Assembly (NCBI GenBank): GCA_003990765.1
Contig: RBNJ01002470.1
Coordinates: forward strand, 1-17,613
Source: Jimgerdemannia flammicorona
Lineage: Eukaryota
Reading direction: 5' to 3'
DNA length: 17,613 bases
The notes under the pieces were generated by a model. The model did not search any database and had not been told where the DNA came from. It saw nothing but the letters and a program-made list of their open reading frames with translations. Positions 1 through 9,260 of this stretch are shown here, piece after piece. How positions within the stretch are numbered: position 1 is the stretch's first letter; each line of letters starts with the position of its first letter. A program made the position numbers and the translations under genes.

Positions 1-162
1 TTGAAGGTCATTATCCGCAATTCTAGTAGAACCAGCTGATTCTTCAGTCCTATGGAAGCCATCTGCTAAATCCTGTTTATCAAGACATCACAGCCGACCA
101 TCCAAGAGGTAGACCAACTAGAAGATACCAACAGAGGACAAGGAGGCTTTGGAAGCACCAAT
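1..162 (+). pseudogene. C-terminal half of a trimeric dUTPase domain (motifs 4-5) in the retrotransposon polyprotein
   Basis: Frame 1 reads LKVIIRNSSRTS*FFSPMEAIC*ILFIKTSQPTIQEVDQLEDTNRGQGGFGSTN. RGQGGFGST (133-159) is dUTPase motif 5 (RGxxGFGST). AIC*IL matches motif 4 (RIAQL) with Gln CAA>TAA at 67-69. Another stop lies at 37-39. Not in the ORF track. Confidence 0.9.
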
Positions 163-195
163 AGAAATCTACAGACACCACCTATCGAGGTTCAT

Positions 196-534
196 TTGGC
201 AACAGTTGCTCAATTCCGACAAATGAGACCCCATATCTGCCGCCCAATCCGAGCAAGAGAAGACATCCTCCTGCAGCCCTACCAGCAAAAATGCCTAGAT
301 GTGCACCTACCAGTAGAAGCAAACAACTTGATATTTGCACCATCACTAGAGCTTCAAAAGGAATACCACATCCTTCTGGCTGAAGAACGAATTCATGACC
401 AGATGTCACCAATCCACATCTCTATCAGAAACTTGGGCTTCGAAGTGATAACTATCCCCAAGGGAACAACACTGGGATATTTCGAACCACTGATAGACAC
501 CTACGAGGAAGAAGTCTTCAAATTCTTGGGAAAC
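196..534 (+). pseudogene. Second, degenerate dUTPase-like (beta-clip) domain, in frame with the dUTPase and preceding RT
   Basis: Frame 1 is open from 70 to 582. The segments IRAREDILLQPYQQKCLDV and IHISIRNLGFEVITIPKGTTLGYF echo the dUTPase strand pattern (IxVxxxNxxxxxxxIxxGxxIAQ) but lack catalytic motifs. Confidence 0.5.
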
Positions 535-572
535 GGCAAGCCCTCTCTGGTGAGACTGATGGTACTAGGGAG
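528..572 (+). promoter_or_regulatory. Putative programmed -1 ribosomal frameshift signal (slippery heptamer plus stem-loop)
   Basis: G_GGA_AAC at 528-534 is in register with frame 1 (ttG GGA AAC), and -1 slippage enters frame 3, the RT frame. After an 8-nt spacer, CTCTCTGGTG (543-552) pairs with TACTAGGGAG (563-572) in 10 bp including 3 G-U pairs. Confidence 0.75.
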
Positions 573-2061
573 AAAGACTTAGCAAATTCAGCAATCAAAG
601 CCGTCGACATTGAGACAACTCTAACCAAGGACCAGCAACAACAAATACAGGAGTTGATAGAGGAGTACAAAGATATATTTACCACCACATACGATAACTT
701 CCCACCATATCAATATAGAGAACACCCTATATATACTAGAGATGCAAGACCAATCTGACAACGACCCTACCAAACACCACATCATCTGATTGAATTTGAA
801 CAACAACACATAGATGAAATACTACGAAATGGAGTCATCAGACCATCATCAAGCCCCTGGGCCTCACCAGCAATCATAGTACCAAAGAAAGGAGGATGGA
901 GATTAGTCATGGATTTCAGAAAACTCCACAAAGTCACCACAGAAGATGCCTACCCACTGCCAAGAATTGATGACCTCATCAATGCCCTTGGAAAAGCCAA
1001 ATACATGACCACTACTGACCAGTTCCAAGGATTCCAAGTAAACCCATTGCCAAAGAAGATATCTGCAAGATGGCCTTCATCACCAGACGAGGACAGTATG
1101 AATACCTACGAATGCCCTTTGGACTCTACAATGCACCCACCTCATTCCAACGAATGATGAACTATGTCTACCAGGACCTTATTGGAAGAAATGTACTAGT
1201 GTACATAGATGATGTCATCATCTACTCTGAGACATTCAAGCAGCATTTGCAAGATCTCCGTGAAGTATTTGATACCATTCGAAACTCAGGACTCAGACTC
1301 AATGCCAAGAAGTGCTTCTTCGGAAAACATCAAGTCGAATATCTGGGATATGTTGTCTCAGCTCAAGGAACACATGCTGACCCCCGCAAGGTGGAGAAAG
1401 TCAAGAACTACCCAACCCTGACCTCAGCAAAGGAGACCCTATCCTTCTTTATGCTGGCATCCTACTATCAATGATTCATCCCAAGGTTTTCGGATAAGGC
1501 AGTACCTCTCCAAGATATCTCCAAGAAGGACCAACCATTTTACTGGAAAAAGGAATAACAAAAGTCATTCGACCTACTCAAGAAGGCCCTACCGAAGCCC
1601 CTGTCCTGGTGCAACCAGACTTTGACAAACCATTCATCCTGATAATTGATGCCTCAGCCTTAGGACTTGGATCAATTCTGTTACAGCAAGATGACCAGAA
1701 AAGGGAGCATGTTATCGAATATGCTAGCAAGGCCACAAATGAAACTCAAGCGAACTATGGAGCCACTAAGTTGGAATGCCTAGCAGTAGTTTGGGCTGTG
1801 GACCACTTCTGACACTATCTCTTGGGAAAGAGATTCGCCCTCATCACTGACCATCAAGCTCTACAATGGTTGTTCAATAAGCCAGAGCCCTCAGGAATCT
1901 TTGCTAGATGGAACATGTCCCTGCAAGAATATCAGTTCACTATTGTCTACAAGAAAGGTGCTAAGAATTCCAATATCAATACCCTGTCAAGAATCCCACG
2001 AAACCAACAAGAAGGGAAGGAGCCCCCACAAGAGAAGGCTGCTTCCCACCCACCCAAATGA
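528..2061 (+). pseudogene. pol: Reverse transcriptase - RNase H (Ty3/Gypsy pol), disrupted
   Basis: GVIRPSSSPWASPAIIVPKK, RLVMDFRKL, DAYPLPRIDD, MPFGLYNAPTSFQR, YIDD (1202-1213), KCFFG, YLGY. RNase H: FILIIDASALGLG, IEYASK, LECLAVVWAV, ITDHQAL. Frameshifts near 1040 and 1590. Stops at 756, 1472, ~1556 and 1810; terminal TGA 2059-2061. Confidence 0.96.
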
Positions 2062-3278
2062 ACCAAGAATTGCGCCTCGCCCTCACCTGGAGCCTGCACC
2101 ATAGAAGCTTCAAGAAAGGAATTCAACCAGCCCACAAGTTGTTTATCCAAAGGAATTTCAAGAAATTCCAAGAAGGCAATGGCGAACTTTGGAGAGTAGA
2201 GGGAGAGCAGTACACCCAAGTTCCAAGAGAAGAAGAAATATTAAAGATCCTGACAATGAATCATGACCAAAATACACACCAAGGAATTGGTGCCACAATT
2301 GCAAGAATCAAGAAGCAATACTGGTGGCCCAAGATGAGAAAACAAATTTCAACACACATTCAACAATGTTATACCTACCAAAGATACTGACAAAAGCCTA
2401 CCAACAGAGCACCATTAATACCGATTGCAGCACCAGCTGGAGCCTTTCAAAGACTAGGAATAGACATTATTGGACCCCTACCAGTAACCAGCCGAGGAAG
2501 ACGCTACATCCTCACTATCGAAGACCACCTGACAAAATGGCCTGAAGCCTTTGCCATCGAGACTGCCGATGCCCAGACAATTATTGGGATCCTGTATGAT
2601 GAAATTTTCAGCTGCCATGGTGTGCCCAAGGAAATCATTACAGACCAAGGTCGAGAATTTATCAACTAAGCCATGAAGACCTTTGCGAGTAACTTCAAGA
2701 TCAAGCTATGACCAACAACAGCCTACCACCCACAGGCAAATGGACTCACTGAACAAATGAACCAGACCATCAAGCGAGGTCTCAGTAGAACCGGAGATCA
2801 ACTAAACTGGGATATCTATCTACCGGCAATTCTGTTCAGCATCTGTACCTCTAAGGTAACTGCTACCCAACAGACCCCCTTCTATTTGGTGTATGGCCGA
2901 GAAGCACAAGATCCTACTGAACCAGTCTAGCTAGATCTGTCAAAATGAGTCACAGAAGAGATCACCTGGTTACATGACATATGCCAGCAAGCACGAGGAT
3001 TTATTGCCAAGGCACAAGAATACCAAAAGAGGTACTATGACCACAAAGCCAACCTCAAACCCCTGCTCATTGGACAAAAGGTTCTGGTGTACCATACTAT
3101 CATAGAAGGAAATTGGAGTGCCAAGCTTGAACCAAAATGGGAAGGCCCCTATCTCATATACCAAGTATTCTCGAACCACACTTATCAACTCAAGACCTTG
3201 GATGGAGTTATACTCAAGACCAAGATACATCGCAACCGCATAAGACTCTACTACTCAAGAGAAGCAAAATGCATTTGA
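2058..3278 (+). pseudogene. Retrotransposon integrase (HHCC, DDE, GPY/F), no chromodomain seen; disrupted by stops
   Basis: One frame from ATG 2058: HDQNTHQG...YWWPKM...CYTY (second Cys>Tyr), GIDIIGPLP (D 2463), ITDQGREF (D 2643), YHPQANGLTE (E 2751; D-35-E spacing), TPFYLVYG, KLEPKWEGPY. Stops at 2388, 2667, 2709, 2928 and 2946. Confidence 0.95.
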
Positions 3279-3735
3279 ACAATCCTGTTCACTCTGTCTG
3301 TGTCATCTCCACTGGAGATATGACAGACATTTCACTCGGAACTCAAGAAAGCCAACAACATTGGAACCAGACTTAAGCCCATCCACGTGACAGACGTTGT
3401 TACTAAGAAATTGCCTTGGATTACAAGTAATACTATTTCCGATGGGTTCAAACCCCCAGCCACGACTATGGGAGCCCTTGCCCTAGACAAGGATGGCCAG
3501 TCTTCACAAATGCGCCAGCATTCCGCTTGTCCCTGGAGTTAAGACCACCCAACTCTGTGTAACCCTCACCGCCGAGGATGGCTCTAATTTTGCAAGGGGC
3601 AGATGTGATGTACACAATTGACAATAGAGTACCAGTGACTGCTAAGATCAGACAACATAACGGCATGACAATTAAATAGACAGCCTGACCCATTAGGTGA
3701 TCATCCCAAAAGAAGACAAGATGATCTGAGCCAAA

Positions 3736-4797
3736 ATGAAGACCATGTTATTTAAGAAACCATACTCTGCCTCAAGGATCGGCACCAAAGAACCAAGTAC
3801 TCACCACACAATGCCTCCCATTCACCAAACCAACCAGACCTCCCGCTGCTCTACCCCTTTACCTGGCCCAAAGACCCTGATCTTTGAAGCTATCAAGAAG
3901 GCCATCTGGTGCCCAGATACTTCCGAACACTTGAACTTCTATACTGAGGATCTTGGACACTTCATCAACTACCAGTATATAATGACCCAACAGCTCAAAG
4001 ACACTACTGAACAAATGACCCTCTGGTATGACTATGAAATTGGACACTGCCTTCGCAATGAGACTCAAGAAGGCGACCAGGAAGACCTCATTGCCAAAAT
4101 GTTAACCACCAGCCAGCTAATCAAGAGAGCCCTCCGTGTCCATCAAATCTTCTGCCATATTCCCTGGGCTATAGTACACTTGCAAGGAGTAATAGCTGGC
4201 AGCCTCTCCCACCTTTCAACTGAAGATGCTGACTGGATAGAATCTGAAGTAGCCAATGCTATTGGCAGCAACTGCATCACCGTAGGAAGCCAACAAACCG
4301 AACCTACTCAGCCAGGTTTCCACACCACCCCACTCCGAGACAACCATCAAGGTCACCTAATGAGTTTTATGGAGATATTTGAAGGACTGCCCATCACTAT
4401 AGAGGCACCCATTAGAGCTACCCCAACCACCCACCACCCTGTCAGCCACAATTCACACCTCATCATTTGGGAACCGAATCAAGAAGAAGCCCAAGAAGTT
4501 CCTGTCTTTGAAGAGGAGGCCCAAGAACTCCAAGACCCTGCCCCTGAAGAAACCCCCTCTGACACTGAAACTGACGAGCCTTCAGAAGAAGAAGAGGAGC
4601 AACAGAGAGTCTACCAGTCCTCTGTTCACATTCAAGCTGTTCAAGGGTTGGAGAATGTTGTTGAAGATGACTGGCCACTTTCCTACACTCTCACCTCTTG
4701 GCCGGCACTTCCCCCCTTTAAGGAGAGATATGATGAAGAAGAAATCACAACCCAGCAAGATTTGCCCACCACGGACGAAGGGTACTATTTCCTCTAG
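3736..4797 (+). CDS. Accessory ORF of the retrotransposon (env position), 353 aa, function unknown; alternative start ATG 3811
   Basis: Stop-free 353-codon ORF between integrase and the 3' LTR. It has a helical-looking core (LWYDYEIGHCLR...ALRVHQIFCHIPWAI...SLSHLS) and an acidic low-complexity C-terminus. No obvious signal peptide or transmembrane stretch. Confidence 0.7.
   Translation: MKTMLFKKPYSASRIGTKEPSTHHTMPPIHQTNQTSRCSTPLPGPKTLIFEAIKKAIWCPDTSEHLNFYTEDLGHFINYQYIMTQQLKDTTEQMTLWYDYEIGHCLRNETQEGDQEDLIAKMLTTSQLIKRALRVHQIFCHIPWAIVHLQGVIAGSLSHLSTEDADWIESEVANAIGSNCITVGSQQTEPTQPGFHTTPLRDNHQGHLMSFMEIFEGLPITIEAPIRATPTTHHPVSHNSHLIIWEPNQEEAQEVPVFEEEAQELQDPAPEETPSDTETDEPSEEEEEQQRVYQSSVHIQAVQGLENVVEDDWPLSYTLTSWPALPPFKERYDEEEITTQQDLPTTDEGYYFL
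4720..4728 (+). other. Candidate polypurine tract
   Basis: TTTT-AAGGAGAGA is directly followed by TATGAT, which could be a G>A/C>T-decayed TGTGRC LTR start complementary to the GCCACA end. Confidence 0.4.
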
Positions 4798-4830
4798 AGT
4801 ACCGCCCATCAGCCATGAGAACCCAGCTTT

Positions 4831-4991
4831 TGTCAGCAAGTCCGTTTCCAGCATTGCTACCCAGTACCACCATTTTCAGCATTTTGTCAGCAGGTCTGAA
4901 TCCAGCATTGCCACCCTCCACAACCACTTCTGGCAACAATCATCGTATCATGTCAGCTCATCCGAATCCAGTGTTGCTATCCCCTATAACC
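4831..4991 (+). repeat. Three imperfect 54-66 nt tandem units in putative U3
   Basis: Units start TGTCAGC at 4831, 4885 and 4951, each continuing TCYGWWTCCAGYRTTGCYAYCC. Confidence 0.85.
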
Positions 4992-5107
4992 CAATCCGTA
5001 GTAAAAAATAGCCTACACCTCGCATCATGCAAGCCAATAGCATAGCGAAGTTTGCCACAACGTAGTATACCTTAGCCTTAGTTGCGCCCCCTCCCCCATA
5101 GCTAGCA

Positions 5108-5153
5108 AACTTGTATAAATAACCCATATTCTTAGAGTGAATAAATCTCAGTC
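5108..5153 (+). promoter_or_regulatory. LTR core: TATA box, poly(A) signal and initiator-like TCAGT
   Basis: TATAAAT 5114-5120, a 13-nt spacer, AGAGTG, AATAAA 5140-5145 and TCAGT 5148-5152. The same module occurs at three other places in the window. Confidence 0.8.
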
Positions 5154-5353
5154 AGCTTGTGTTTAAAAAGTAAAAAGGATTACAAAGAAATCACTGCCTC
5201 CAAGAGACCGGATAAATTCTGAGAACAAGATAACAACCTAGAGCAACAGATCGCTCAGAAGTTTGAGTTAAAGAATTTTCTCTTGCTATGGAAAGAAAAC
5301 ATTACCCGACTGCTGCCATTTGAGACCCGAGACCCAGCCAAGGATTCAAGACC

Positions 5354-5414
5354 AGACCGCCATTTGGACCACCATTTGGACCACCATTCGGACCACGCAT
5401 TCAGACCGCCATTC
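5354..5414 (+). repeat. 12-nt tandem repeat (RGACCRCCATTY) x5 in putative U5
   Basis: AGACCGCCATTT GGACCACCATTT GGACCACCATTC GGACCACGCATTC AGACCGCCATTC. Confidence 0.9.
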
Positions 5415-5904
5415 GAGATTCAAGACCCAGAAACCCAAGAATACCCAGCTAAAGGATACTAGACCACCAAAGACCGACCCACTGCCAAAGACCCGAATGA
5501 CTGCCAGGAACCTTTCAAGATTAACCAAGACGGATGAGCGAGCCATCAACCTCCATTTTCCCGACCTACTGCACCACAAGCTGCTTAAAGTCAAGACCAT
5601 CGCCCACTTCAAATCGACCGCATATTCCGCTAAAGTTTATCGCCGCCAGCACACCCAAGTAACCACCCTCTGTTAGCAACAACACCTTTTTCCACTGAAT
5701 ATTGAGCCACCATCGACATCCTGAGCCAATGAACAATCTCTCGCTAATTATCAATTATCGCATGAATCGAACGAGCCGATCATGTGACTATCAACCCGTA
5801 ACCATCACAAATGCATTCAGTTATCCATCGCGCACTTCACCAGTGGCACACATTGAGCCATGCAGTCGAAGTTCATTATACATAACTGATGCCACAATAT
5901 ATAT

Positions 5905-8891
5905 GAGAGGAGTAGTAGGTAAGTTGTGGTAATAAATAATCTAATAGTCTTTGAGAGGGTGGGGGTGGTGTATTTGGGTAGAGTAGGGTGAGATAGAGCT
6001 GAGTTGAGGCTACTGGTATAATATGAGGACCTTGTACTTATAATAGATTAGTTTATAAAGTGGTCTAGTATTCATGAAATATATATATATAATTAAGATT
6101 TTATTAAACTTATAGATAATTACCAAATTGGGGGAGACGACTGAAGATTAATATGGGTGAAAATAGAGATTAGAGAATTACAACAGATATTATGAGAAGA
6201 GGGGGAGGTATAGATGCAGAGTTTGGTGATACAGTCACATTGGCAGAGACTGGAGGAAGGGGAAAGACCTTCTAAGTATCTCACAAGGGCTCTTCAGGCA
6301 AAGAGAGTAAAGCAGAGATGAGAGAGAGTACTAGATTCTAATGGTCTGCTGGTATATAGTATATAAGACCTTCTTGGATCATTAAAGGAGAGATAGAGTG
6401 GTTTATAGAGTAAGGAAAAGGGTGGGGCTGATGCTGCCACCATTGACCATACTTTGGAGGATTGGTACTCAATATAAGCAGAAGGGCTGGGTGGTTTGGT
6501 GATGTCAGTATAGGAGGAGAAGATCTGTCAGGTTCTTGCCATAACTATACTGGACATGATGCCAAGAGAAGATGGTCTGTCCTGGGACTTCTGGAAGAAG
6601 ATGGTGAGTCTCTGGAGTACTGGGAGAGCTGATGGTGCTGTGTGACTTGATATTACAGTCAGAGAGATGGGTGGAGAGGCAGGATCTGGGGCTGGTTATA
6701 CTGTTTTATAAGAACAAAAGAAAGAGAGAGGACTGGAAGAACTGGCAGCCAATCATATTACTGGATATGGACAGAAAGTTAGTTACTAAGGTGGTGATTG
6801 CAAGGCTATAGAAGATGGCCTAGCAAGTCTTAGGTGTAGAGCAGTGGGGCTTTATAGGATATTGACTCATTAGGGATAGTATGGCTTAGATATATGGAGT
6901 TATTAAAGGAGTATGAGCCTGTGGACTAGATAGGCAACTGGTCATCCTGGATCAGGAGAAGATATATGACTGAGTTCAGTGAGTCTGGTTGGCAAAGATA
7001 TTGGATAGGATTGGTATATCTCACTAGTTCCAGTTAGTGATGGTCAGCCTACTGGAAGAGAGTAGGGCTGTACTCATGTGCAATGAATATAAAGAGGTGA
7101 TATTCCCCCTAGGTAGGAGTGTGTCCCAGGGGGATCCACTGTCCCCCATTCTGTATGCTCTTTCCCTAGAGCCTTTGATGGATAGTTAGGTAGAAGATAG
7201 TTGGGCTCTCAGTTTTTGGAATTGGGTGGAAAGTTGGAGCCTTTGTAGATAATATAGTAGTTAGCCTAGAATTGATTGCTGATATCAAGGAGCTCAAGAA
7301 GACAGTTAAGTAGTATGAGATATACTCTGGGGCTAAACTCAATTAGTATAAGTGTGAAATGATGATATTAGGTAATAGCTGGGTGAGAGGGGATGTCATT
7401 GGAACAATTGTCTCTGCTGAAGAGATAGTGTAGTACTTGGATATCTATCTATCAGTATATGGGTCAGTCCTATTAAGACCTTGGTGAGAGCAGAGAGTTG
7501 CAATCTGGAGGGAGGCCCTATGGAGTTGGAGAGGATACCACTTGTCTCTGATGGAGTATGTTTCGATTTTGAATATCTACTGGTTACTGAAGCTGTAGTA
7601 TTTGGCTTATCATCTGGACTTCTCAGCCTGAGTGGTGAAGAAACTGATAAAACTGATCAAAGAGTGGATCTGGACTGAGAGAAGGAGTTAGATAAGTTGG
7701 GAGGTCTTGTCTTTACCAGTGGCTAGAGGGGGCCTTGGACTGGTTGATTTTCCAAAGAGGCTGTACTATCTGAGAACATGGTGGCTGAAGAGAGTGGTAG
7801 AGTTGAGAGGGGATAGCTGGGTTCCTCTGATGTAGAAGGTCTGGGAGATGAGATCCTCACTAAGAGACTCTATAGGAGATCTACTATCCTTAGTTAAGCT
7901 TCAGAATAATGAGCATATGTAGTATAAAGACTTCTGGTGGGAGGTAGCAGATGGGGTACACTGCATTGGAATTTGCTAGTAGAGAAATAAAGAGAAGGTA
8001 CCTTGGGACCCAGTGATGTAGAGATGAAACTAAATATTATTAGAGGGGCATTTCCTTAGTTGATTTTAATATTAGTGATGAGATCGAGTGCCTGAGGGGG
8101 CCAGAACAGGATCTATGGCTCAGTGGATGGCAGCTGACAGATATTAGAGAGAAGTGGGACTGAAATGGAGTTTGGGCCTAGAGTGCTGAGGTAAGGTAGT
8201 AAATGCTGCCAAAGTACTGGGTGATCTAGTGGTATATGCTGCAGAGAAATATCATACTCAACTTCTACTTGGGACACCTTGTTGAGGGAAAAAGCTTCAA
8301 CTGTGAGAAGTACCACAATGTAGGATAGAAAGGGAGATTTGTACAGATGCTAGAATATTGACTAGGAGAGTACAAGATACTTAGTGACTTTTGGCTAGCA
8401 GTTGGAGATTAATTAGCTATTATATATAGGAGGAATGGTGAGCAGGGTCAGTGGGAGGATTTGAGAGATAGATTGGTGGGGGGGGGTGAGAAAGGAATGA
8501 CTTACTTTAGATTGAGTATTGGTAGTTTGAATACGGCTGGCAGATCACTAGTTGTTTTTTTCAAGAAAGAGAGGAGCATGGGTTTGAGGGTGTGGCTGTT
8601 GAGATGGCAAGGACTAATGGAGGACATTATAATGAGCCGGTGGCTTGATTGGGGTTTGCAGGATAGTCAGAGGTATTGCTTAGTAGAGAAAATCTATAGG
8701 TAGAGTGAGAGAAGAGTTGGAGTAGTGAGTGGTAAAGTAGTCTTCAAATGTAAAAGTATAAGAGAGAGCTCCCTTATGGGGATTGAGTAGTGGGAGGTAA
8801 TACTGTAACTATATCAATAGACTGGTAATAAATGGCAAAGTCTGAGTAACTTTAAAAAATAAAAATAAAAATAAAAAATAAAATAAAATAA
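5905..8891 (+). mobile_element. Degenerate non-LTR retrotransposon (L1/Tx1-like LINE ORF2: RT and C-terminal region), 5' part missing
   Basis: Hand translation: EEGERPSKY (6253), EDGLSWDFWKK, KNWQPIILLDMDRK (6740), EQWGF, LDQEKIYD*V (6950), SQGDPLSPILYALSLEPL (7127), AFVDN for FADD (7242), SGAKLN*YKC, LPVARGGLGLVD (~7713-7748). Riddled with TAG/TGA/TAA. AATAAA at 8827 and an A-rich tail. The left boundary is approximate. Confidence 0.92.
8854..8891 (+). repeat. A-rich (TAAAA/TAAAAA)n tail of the LINE
   Basis: aaaaaataaaaataaaaataaaaaataaaataaaataa, about 20 nt after AATAAA. Confidence 0.8.
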
Positions 8892-8974
8892 TTACTAGAT
8901 TAAATATTTATAAAATTTTACCTTACTTAGCTTATTAATATAATAAAGTATATTTTATATTATTATTAGTACTT

Positions 8975-9222
8975 AGAATAAATTAAATTAAATCAAATTT
9001 AACTTTAATTTAATTTGATTTAAATATTTAAATTAAATTGAGAGTTATTTTAATTTATAATAAAGATTATCAAATTTGGATATATTATAATTTAGTAAAT
9101 TTTGACTCTTAATTTAAATTTAATTAGACTTCAATTTGATGTTGAATTAAATTAAATTAGACCTTAATTCAATTTGAATTCAATTTGATTTAAATCAACC
9201 CCAATTTGATTCAATTCAAATT

Positions 9223-9223
<1 letters not shown>
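8975..9223. repeat. AT-rich quasi-palindromic array of TTGA/TCAA/TTAA words; probably a decayed TCGA-rich DNA-transposon subterminal repeat
   Basis: Recurrent AATTTGA, TTCAATT, AATCAAA and ATTTAAA words. TTGA, TCAA and TTAA are the three deamination products of TCGA. Confidence 0.45.

Positions 9224-9253
<30 letters not shown>
9224..9253. repeat. Poly(T), 30 nt
   Basis: Uninterrupted T run. Confidence 0.95.
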
Positions 9254-9254
<1 letters not shown>

Positions 9255-9260
9255 AGAGCA

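Larger units (their letters stand above)
1..5896 (+). mobile_element. Ty3/Gypsy LTR retrotransposon, element 1 (5' part outside window), non-chromoviral, with dUTPase and an extra 3' ORF; degenerate
   Basis: Domain order dUTPase - RT - RNase H - integrase (Gypsy order), extra ORF at 3736-4797, then an LTR-like segment ending GCCACA at 5896 followed by ATATATAT. Pol has many in-frame stops and two internal frameshifts. Confidence 0.95.
4729..5896 (+). repeat. 3' LTR of element 1 (left boundary uncertain)
   Basis: Contains the TATA/poly(A) core shared with the LTR at 14258, internal tandem repeats and a CATTGAGCC word near the end (also near the end of LTR 2). Terminates ...GCCACA with an abrupt composition change. 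Confidence 0.7.

Noticed and set aside
1030..1610. Frame changes near 1040 and 1590 as programmed frameshifts
   Set aside because: They fall inside conserved RT/connection sequence, disrupt motifs and lack an evident in-register slippery site plus stem. They are best read as decay indels.
3087..3400. Chromodomain after integrase
   Set aside because: The integrase frame ends shortly after the GPY/F module, and no chromodomain aromatic-cage pattern was seen downstream.
3736..4797. Calling the extra ORF an envelope (env) gene
   Set aside because: No signal peptide, no hydrophobic transmembrane anchor and no evident furin/fusion-peptide pattern; only the position is env-like.
4508..5932. ORFs 4508-5011, 5320-5676, 5702-5932 and their antisense partners
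   Set aside because: They are alternate frames of the accessory ORF or run through LTR tandem repeats, with no protein-family signal.
7481..8703. ORFs 7481-7678, 8113-8316 and 8461-8703 as independent genes
   Set aside because: They lie within the decayed LINE and are off-frame, antisense or residual pieces of ORF2.
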